Assembly (NCBI RefSeq): GCF_001194135.2
Contig: NC_068988.1
Span: 71,780,693 to 71,821,930, forward strand
Length of the DNA stretch: 41,238 nucleotides
Source: Octopus bimaculoides
Lineage: Eukaryota
Direction of reading: 5' to 3'
Shown here in pieces: positions 33,430 through 41,238 of the stretch. The position numbers and the translations under genes were made by a program. Below the pieces are notes generated by a model. It searched no databases and was not told the origin of the DNA. It saw nothing but the letters and a program-made list of their open reading frames with translations. How positions within the stretch are numbered: position 1 is the first letter of the stretch; every line of letters starts with the position of its first letter.

Positions 33430-33720
33430 GGCATGGCTGTGGTTAAGGAATTCGCTTAGGAATTTGGTTCAGTCCGACTATATCTTCTGCATGATTCCGG
33501 CCGACCAATATATTCTTAATGAATTTGGCAGAGGGAAATTGTGCGGAAATTTATTGAAAATATGCATATAGGCATGTATTTCCCCACCGACTACTCTCCA
33601 GGCGTTGTTGGCTTGTTTAAATTAGCGGTTCCGCAAAAGAATGCGATTGAACGAGTGTCAGTAGTGGGGTTCACTTCTTTGACCATACGATTCAAAGCAG
33701 TGTCCCGGCTAAAAGAATAA
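33430..33720 (+). mobile_element. highly degenerate SINE family 1
   Basis: ggcatggctgtggttaagga...ggttcagtcc head and ...gcggttccgcaaaaga tail. Confidence 0.5.
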
Positions 33721-33750
33721 ACGAAAATAGACATACGTGCATACATACGC

Positions 33751-33799
<49 letters not shown>

Positions 33800-34500
33800 C
33801 GTGTATGTATAAGGAATGTATAAAGTCATAAATGACGGAGAAATACCTTGATGAAATAAAGATATATANNNNNNNNNNNNNNNNNNNNNNNNNNNNNNNN
33901 NNNNNNNNNNNNNNNNNNNNNNNNNNNNNNNNNNNNNNNNNNNNNNNNNNNNNNNNNNNNNNNNNNNNNNNNNNNNNNNNNNNNNNNNNNNNNNNNNNNN
34001 NNNNNNNNNNNNNNNNNNNNNNNNNNNNNNNNNNNNNNNNNNNNNNNNNNNNNNNNNNNNNNNNNNNNNNNNNNNNNNNNNNNNNNNNNNNNNNNNNNNN
34101 NNNNNNNNNNNNNNNNNNNNNNNNNNNNNNNNNNNNNNNNNNNNNNNNNNNNNNNNNNNNNNNNNNNNNNNNNNNNNNNNNNNNNNNNNNNNNNNNNNNN
34201 NNNNNNNNNNNNNNNNNNNNNNNNNNNNNNNNNNNNNNNNNNNNNNNNNNNNNNNNNNNNNNNNNNNNNNNNNNNNNNNNNNNNNNNNNNNNNNNNNNNN
34301 NNNNNNNNNNNNNNNNNNNNNNNNNNNNNNNNNNNNNNNNNNNNNNNNNNNNNNNNNNNNNNNNNNNNNNNNNNNNNNNNNNNNNNNNNNNNNNNNNNNN
34401 NNNNNNNNNNNNNNNNNNNNNNNNNNNNNNNNNNNNNNNNNNNNNNNNNNNNNNNNNNNNNNNNNNNNNNNNNNNNNNNNNNNNNNNNNNNNNNNNNNNN

Positions 34501-34567
<67 letters not shown>

Positions 34568-35127
34568 CACAATTTTATATTCAGGTATACACATTGTAGT
34601 GTGCTGTTTAAAGCCCGTTCACAGTATTCGGTTACCTGTGTCAAATACAGTATGGATGCATATGCCACTGGATTTACTTATGTATGAAAGAAAGAAAATG
34701 GAGTTCACGTGACTTTTTATTCACTGGGATCGTTTCGACCTATCATGCATCGCTACCTTGCGGATGAGATGCTGGACAATTAGCTGTGTTGCATCGTAGA
34801 TGCAGATGCGTCTCCATTAGGAACTAAAGAGTGATGAAGATTTCTTTTCATATAAGCAAGAAAATAAAGTATTTAGGAATGAAAGAATAAAAAATAGACC
34901 GATATAATGTAATAAGACCGAGCAGAATAGCACAAAACAAAGAAAAACATTGGGCATTTATATTGACCGTTACAGTTCATCAAAACAAAATATTTTAGTA
35001 TATTCATGTGTGTGTGCGTATGTGTCTGCGTGTGTGTGTGTGTACTTACACCTCCATATATATTTCTACATACATTTAACTATATCCAATACACAAATAC
35101 AAACACACATACACACACATACATACA

Positions 35128-35190
<63 letters not shown>

Positions 35191-38100
35191 ATATATATAC
35201 ATGTATATATATGATTCTACTTAGAGATAAGACGGCAGACAGATAGTGTAGAGACGCAGACAACAGCTGGCCCAAATTGACAGAAGCTGAACAATGAAAG
35301 AATGGTGACAGCAACACCAGCGCCGGCTAACCCCATTTTGACTGCTGCTACAGTCCCACCAAATCAAGAATAATTATCTCTAAACTCTATCGTTGTTTTT
35401 TCGTTCGTAACAACATTTTCTTTGTTTAAGCAAAGAATAAACGTATTATTTATCAAAATTTTCGGGGAACAAAATGAAAATCAATATTCTTATGTACAAC
35501 ATCGAGGTCCACTAAAAACAACTTCTGCCCGTCAATGCGGATATTTGATGTTATCCATACCTTTAATATTCTCTCTTGGAAATTATATGAATTCCATGGC
35601 ATCATATTAACGTGTCCCTCATAATATAATACCTTAAAAATGGGGAAGAAAATTTCAAGCAAAAGTTCCGTAGTAAAGAGTTCAGCTCTCCACTGTTTGA
35701 TTTTAGATTACATCAGTTCACTTATATCACAGAGTTACAATAAACGCATGAATTGCACAACGTCTCATTTCTCCCTTCTCAGCCGATTGTTTTCCTCATG
35801 TCAAAAAGAAAATTATACATGGTACAACAAAATAACGATCAAGTTAATAGAAATACAATGAGGTAAAATAAGCCTCTTTAAAATTTCATATATTACTCAC
35901 TTGATTTGGTCGACTGCGCAGCATTTTCTTTGTAAACTCTAATATTTTTCTAGCCAATCTAATTTAGGAAAGACAAGTGTAAACTTTGTTTAGTAAAAGG
36001 AAATTGTAGGCGAAATACACCAAGTTATGGAAGGGAGAGAACTCTGTAAATGATAATTATCTCCCTTGAGTCTGATTAATTACATTTAAATCTGATATTA
36101 ACTATCAAGTATTACAAGCGATAATATTATTCTACAAAGTTCTGTTAATTATTCTCTATGCTTCTAAGAAAGAATTTTTTTATGAAGATAATGAAAGTTG
36201 ACTTCAAATAGAATGTCAGTGAAATCCTTTTGTTGAATTAAAAATACTGTTTCTCAAAGTTTGTAAAACATGCTTGCAAAAAATAGCAAACGGTGCAAGT
36301 TTGTAATTCGTACTAATATGGTTTCAAAACAAAGACAAATATGTTACATATAATATAACATAACATAATATAATATAATGTAATATGATATAATAATCAG
36401 GCACTCAGTAATAGACACATGCACACAGACATACCTCTTTTGTTAAGAAGTACGCTTGGCAACCACATGGTTTCGGGTTCAAGTTCCATAGCACAGCATT
36501 TTAGGCAAATCTCTCTCTCTGTGACCCACGCCCGGCTAATGCCTTCAGAGATTACGTGGTAAATGGAAACTGTACGAAATCCTGTAGCATATCTATCTAT
36601 TTATCTATTTCTTTCTTTCACACTCGCTCTCTTAGCGGGCTAATGAAAAGAGGGCGATAAAACAATGCACCAGATAGAAAATAAGTACCAGTCTGTATAT
36701 GATCGATTAATGTTTTGAACGCAGTATCCCTATATGGAACCAGTCCAATTGCTGAAACAAGGAAGAGGAATAAAACATGATATAAATGAGTATAGGCGCG
36801 TATATGAGAGTTGTCAAATGTACATATTTTTCTTCAGAAGATTAAATCGCTTACGTTTGTTAATCGTTACAAAACAGATAAATCTGCCTGGAGTCTACTG
36901 TCACACGAAGCTGGAATTTATCTGGATAATCGAGACAACCAGCAATGCAACACTCACTCCTGATTGAGAAGCATATTTGTCGCTCATCCATTTCATTTAC
37001 GCCATATGGAGGAGCGTGAATAATGTACCTTTCTCAAGGACTCAGCACACCAACTGGTTTGAGAATTGAACCAATTACCTAATGATTGTGAGACGAACAC
37101 TCTACACATTAAGCCACGTACTTCCACCTAAAGCAGTGAGAATTTAGCCTCACGTCGCAACTACCTCACAGAAGAAATGAAAACCAATGAAACGCCAATG
37201 TTTGAAATATACGCACAGAGAATTTTACTTTAAAGATGTTACTGCTCTTTATACGTAATTTAATAACGAAGAATGTTTCCAAAAATGTATTTAAGTGCTT
37301 TGCATTAGAATAAAATAATCGTTCTTTCTTGTTTGAGTCGAAGTCCTAGAAAATCGAATTTCTTTATATCTGTTGTGTATGTATGCGTGCATGTATGCAT
37401 GCGTGAAGCTGGCAGATGTTTTACTAGGAGAATAAAACGCAAGTTTTATTCATCTTCCCACATCCTCAGCGCTTTAGCAATAAAAGGAACTTAAAACTAA
37501 AAGTAAATTTTCTACTCCCTGCACTTCAAAGTGTCTATACTAAAATCCCTCCATTTATGACTGTAAAACTCAAGTTTGAAAAATGGTCAGTTTTTTGGAT
37601 GTTTGAACTACTCATTCACTTCTACAAAATTCGTCTTTTAAAATAATGTAAATTTTGTTCCTTCTTTTGTTCTCTGTTGTGTTTGTATTGAAATTTTTAC
37701 GTTGAATATTTCAGGAAAATATATAGTTTTAAAGTTTATATATACCATTTTTCTATACAATATCCGTCATGGCAAACATTCCTTTCTGTGTATAATAGCT
37801 TTAATTAAAACAGATTTTGCAATAATGGTAATGTTTATAGACATTCTGTTAACAGGTGATGGCGTAATAGTTATATAACTCCCACTGATATACGAAAACG
37901 GTTTTGCCCTCTGTATGTGGCTGTCATCCTCTATATTGGATGCGGATCGAACAGGTCAACTGATTATACTCAAGTGATAAATCTTTATTACCAGGATATC
38001 AAGAATTAAGGCAATTTATTCATTAGGAATTTAATTAATTAAAACTATTGAGTATACGAATAAATTTAAATTTCCCTTATTATGTACATACGCGTTGTAA

Positions 38101-38424
38101 TTACTTCTCCCTTTGCCGATAAGTGTTCTATATCTAAAAGCATTTTTTCAAGTCATAAATTGATTTGGAAGGTAAATTTACGACCCGAATATGACTTGTT
38201 AAACTTTTATCATCCGCTTTGCCATAATCCTAACTTCATCTCTTACTGTTGTCCGTATCTTTATACACTTTTCGTATACCATACACCACAAATGTTTGCT
38301 TTTGCTGTTGGTGAATGCATTAAGACGACTGTTATTTCCGTCACCATCATTACTACTGTTATAACTAAGCTGTCGTACTTTATTTTTAGATTTCTCACCC
38401 TCTCTTACTCTTTCTCTTTCACTT

Positions 38425-38504
<80 letters not shown>

Positions 38505-38532
38505 TGTATGTATGTATATATANNNNNNNNNN

Positions 38533-39550
38533 TTTAAAGGTTTAATAAAAAATAACAACTAATTAATCAATAATATATTCACCCTTGTTGTTTACAAATT
38601 CTTCCCAACGTTCAACAAGATTTTCAATACCTCGTTGGTAGAAATCTCCCGATTTCGACTCGAAAAATTGATCAACCCAAGTGCTCAATTCTGCATCAGT
38701 ATTGAACAAAACTCCGCGCATAGCATTTGAAAGAGATCGAAATAACTGGAAATCCCTTGGTGCCAAATCAGGAGAGTACGGCGGGTGTGGAAGCTCTTCC
38801 CAGCCATTCGTTTGAATGGCTTTCTCGGTCATATTGGTGATATGAGGGTGGGCGTTGTCGTGCAGCAGAAGAACTCCATGCTGCCAATTAGGTTTTTTTC
38901 TCTTGAATAGCCGTGCTGAGTCGTTCAATCTGTTGAATATAAAGTTCCGCGTTGACCGTTTGGTTCCGTTCAAGCAATTTGCAATGGATAATCCCTTCCC
39001 AGTCCCACCATACGCACAGCATCGTTTTACGTGGATGAAGATCTTGTTTCACGCGCTGTGTCGCTTGTTTACCGGGGCTAAGCCATTCCTTACGCTGCTT
39101 TTTATTGATGTACAGGCACCATTTTTCGTCGCCAGTAACGATTCGATAAAGACATCGTTGCTTGTGTCCATGAGTTAAGCGGTGACAAGCAAGCAAACCA
39201 GCGGAGATTGTGGCTCGTTGATCTTTGCTGTTGTCACTTAAAGCATGCAGAACTCATGCTCCATACTTCTGAACCTTTCCCATCGAGTGAAGATGCTTCT
39301 CTATAGCAGTGTGGGAGCATTCCATTTTCTCTACCAGTTCTCTTGTTGTTTGATGAGAATTTTCGTGCAAAAGTTGGTTTGATCGCTCTTCATCGAACTC
39401 AACTGGACGGCCAGAATGAGGTGCGTCTTTGAGGTCAAAATTTCCATTTTTGAACTTGGCATACCAATCACGAGCGGCTGTTTCAGCTATGGCACCCTCT
39501 CCATACACAGCACAAATGTCGCGAGCATCTTTTGCGGCCTTAGAACATTG
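38533..39550 (-). mobile_element. mariner (DD34D) transposase pseudogene, both ends in gaps
   Basis: SGRP, IVTGDEKW, HPRKTMLCVWWDWEG, LLHDNAHPH, HPPYSPDLAPRDFQLF, ERWEEFVNNKGEY; two frameshifts. Confidence 0.92.
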
Positions 39551-40496
39551 NNNNNNNNNNNNNNNNNNNNNNNNNNNNNNNNNNNNNNNNNNNNNNNNNN
39601 NNNNNNNNNNNNNNNNNNNNNNNNNNNNNNNNNNNNNNNNNNNNNNNNNNNNNNNNNNNNNNNNNNNNNNNNNNNNNNNNNNNNNNNNNNNNNNNNNNNN
39701 NNNNNNNNNNNNNNNNNNNNNNNNNNNNNNNNNNNNNNNNNNNNNNNNNNNNNNNNNNNNNNNNNNNNNNNNNNNNNNNNNNNNNNNNNNNNNNNNNNNN
39801 NNNNNNNNNNNNNNNNNNNNNNNNNNNNNNNNNNNNNNNNNNNNNNNNNNNNNNNNNNNNNNNNNNNNNNNNNNNNNNNNNNNNNNNNNNNNNNNNNNNN
39901 NNNNNNNNNNNNNNNNNNNNNNNNNNNNNNNNNNNNNNNNNNNNNNNNNNNNNNNNNNNNNNNNNNNNNNNNNNNNNNNNNNNNNNNNNNNNNNNNNNNN
40001 NNNNNNNNNNNNNNNNNNNNNNNNNNNNNNNNNNNNNNNNNNNNNNNNNNNNNNNNNNNNNNNNNNNNNNNNNNNNNNNNNNNNNNNNNNNNNNNNNNNN
40101 NNNNNNNNNNNNNNNNNNNNNNNNNNNNNNNNNNNNNNNNNNNNNNNNNNNNNNNNNNNNNNNNNNNNNNNNNNNNNNNNNNNNNNNNNNNNNNNNNNNN
40201 NNNNNNNNNNNNNNNNNNNNNNNNNNNNNNNNNNNNNNNNNNNNNNNNNNNNNNNNNNNNNNNNNNNNNNNNNNNNNNNNNNNNNNNNNNNNNNNNNNNN
40301 NNNNNNNNNNNNNNNNNNNNNNNNNNNNNNNNNNNNNNNNNNNNNNNNNNNNNNNNNNNNNNNNNNNNNNNNNNNNNNNNNNNNNNNNNNNNNNNNNNNN
40401 NNNNNNNNNNNNNNNNNNNNNNNNNNNNNNNNNNNNNNNNNNNNNNNNNNNNNNNNNNNNNNNNNNNNNNNNNNNNNNNNNNNNNNNNNNNNNNNN

Positions 40497-40658
40497 ATCG
40501 GCGATGTTAAAAATATAAACTTCTCCTCAGGGAAAAGTATGAGAACCAGCTTAAACGTAAGACATTATAATCGAATATAATCGATTATAATGTCTTACGT
40601 TTAAGCTGGTTCTCATACTTTTCCCTGAGGAGAAGTTTACATTTTTAACATCGCCGAT
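40497..40658. repeat. near-perfect inverted repeat (78-bp arms, 6-nt spacer, 1 mismatch)
   Basis: 40497-40574 is the reverse complement of 40581-40658. Confidence 0.9.
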
Positions 40659-40704
40659 TCCTATGGATCGCAAAAATTGTAATTCTTCGAAACATATGTC
40701 GGAA
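40621..40704 (+). ncRNA. type I hammerhead ribozyme motif in a PLE pLTR fragment
   Basis: TTCC-CTGAGGA-GAAG...CTTC-GAAA-CA-TA-T-GTC-GGAA: all three stems pair, GUC triplet. The downstream flank resembles the RC of the pLTR at 13830/16757. Confidence 0.8.
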
Positions 40705-40884
40705 TAAAAGTATGCAGTTATAATATGCGTTTACTCCATTCTTTAAATTTATATATACTCAAATACCCAAAATATCAAGGAGTTTCTACCTCATAAACAG
40801 GAGTTACACCACGGTTATTTTGTGATCTTTGCTACCCCGGTACCTATTAACCAATTTATTTAATCCGAGTTATTTTTTACTTGG

Positions 40885-41167
40885 AGAAAATAAATACATA
40901 TAATAAAATATAAATGTACATATATATATATATAAACATATATATATACCTATGAGTACATATCCACACAAATATGCACACATACATAGATACATACACG
41001 TATATATACTCCGCAGGGACGCACAAAACACTCGGACACACACAGTGAGGGACACCCACATGATCGTATAGGTATATCAGTACATCCATATAGACACGTG
41101 TATACGTACATACATACACATGAACATAAACACTTACAAATATATACATATATATATTCGTACACAA

Positions 41168-41238
<71 letters not shown>
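40885..41238. repeat. degenerate (TA)n/(CA)n microsatellite
   Basis: Directly visible. Confidence 0.9.

Larger units (their letters stand above)
31840..38520 (+). repeat. second copy of a diverged tandem segmental duplication (first copy dispersed over 2010-21875)
   Basis: Collinear blocks: 2010-3300/31840-33110, 8240-8700/34520-34880, 10545-11450/35810-36610, 20230-21875/36640-38520; roughly 80-85% identity by eye. Confidence 0.9.

Noticed and set aside
35219-35338. Minus-strand 39-aa ORF MGLAGAGVAVTILSLFSFCQ... resembling a signal peptide
   Set aside because: No counterpart in unit A, no convincing splice sites and no recognisable motif.

Overview
AT-rich, gap-containing eukaryotic genomic DNA full of microsatellites, tRNA-derived SINEs, Tc1/mariner and hAT remnants, and Penelope-like retroelements (PLEs). 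The repeat landscape looks like an octopus/cephalopod draft assembly; this is an inference, not verified. The main result is invisible to the ORF track: a tandemly duplicated, spliced gene on the + strand encoding a small secreted cysteine-rich peptide. Copy B has all three coding exons in the window (28705-28798, 32171-32285, 32967-32982) and encodes a 74-aa precursor, MKVVYVFLLVLLPLAMA-AVSQYDEDVDKR-FSLSELVNMLRELDLSAGCVNVCQTHVNGIWEFLCSGACRIVLGD: signal peptide, acidic propeptide, KR site, then a 45-aa mature peptide with CX3C-X11-CX3C. Copy A has exons 2-3 at 2346-2460 and 3157-3172; its exon 1 would lie upstream of the window. The mature-peptide exon is only about 73% identical between copies and the changes are mostly amino-acid replacements, while a 200-bp intron block is about 98% identical, a pattern familiar from toxin and defence peptide families. 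The spacer after copy A was expanded by at least five PLE insertions. Seven type I hammerhead-ribozyme-like motifs are readable by eye, plus one partial at a gap. All alignments and structures were done by eye; no database search was possible.
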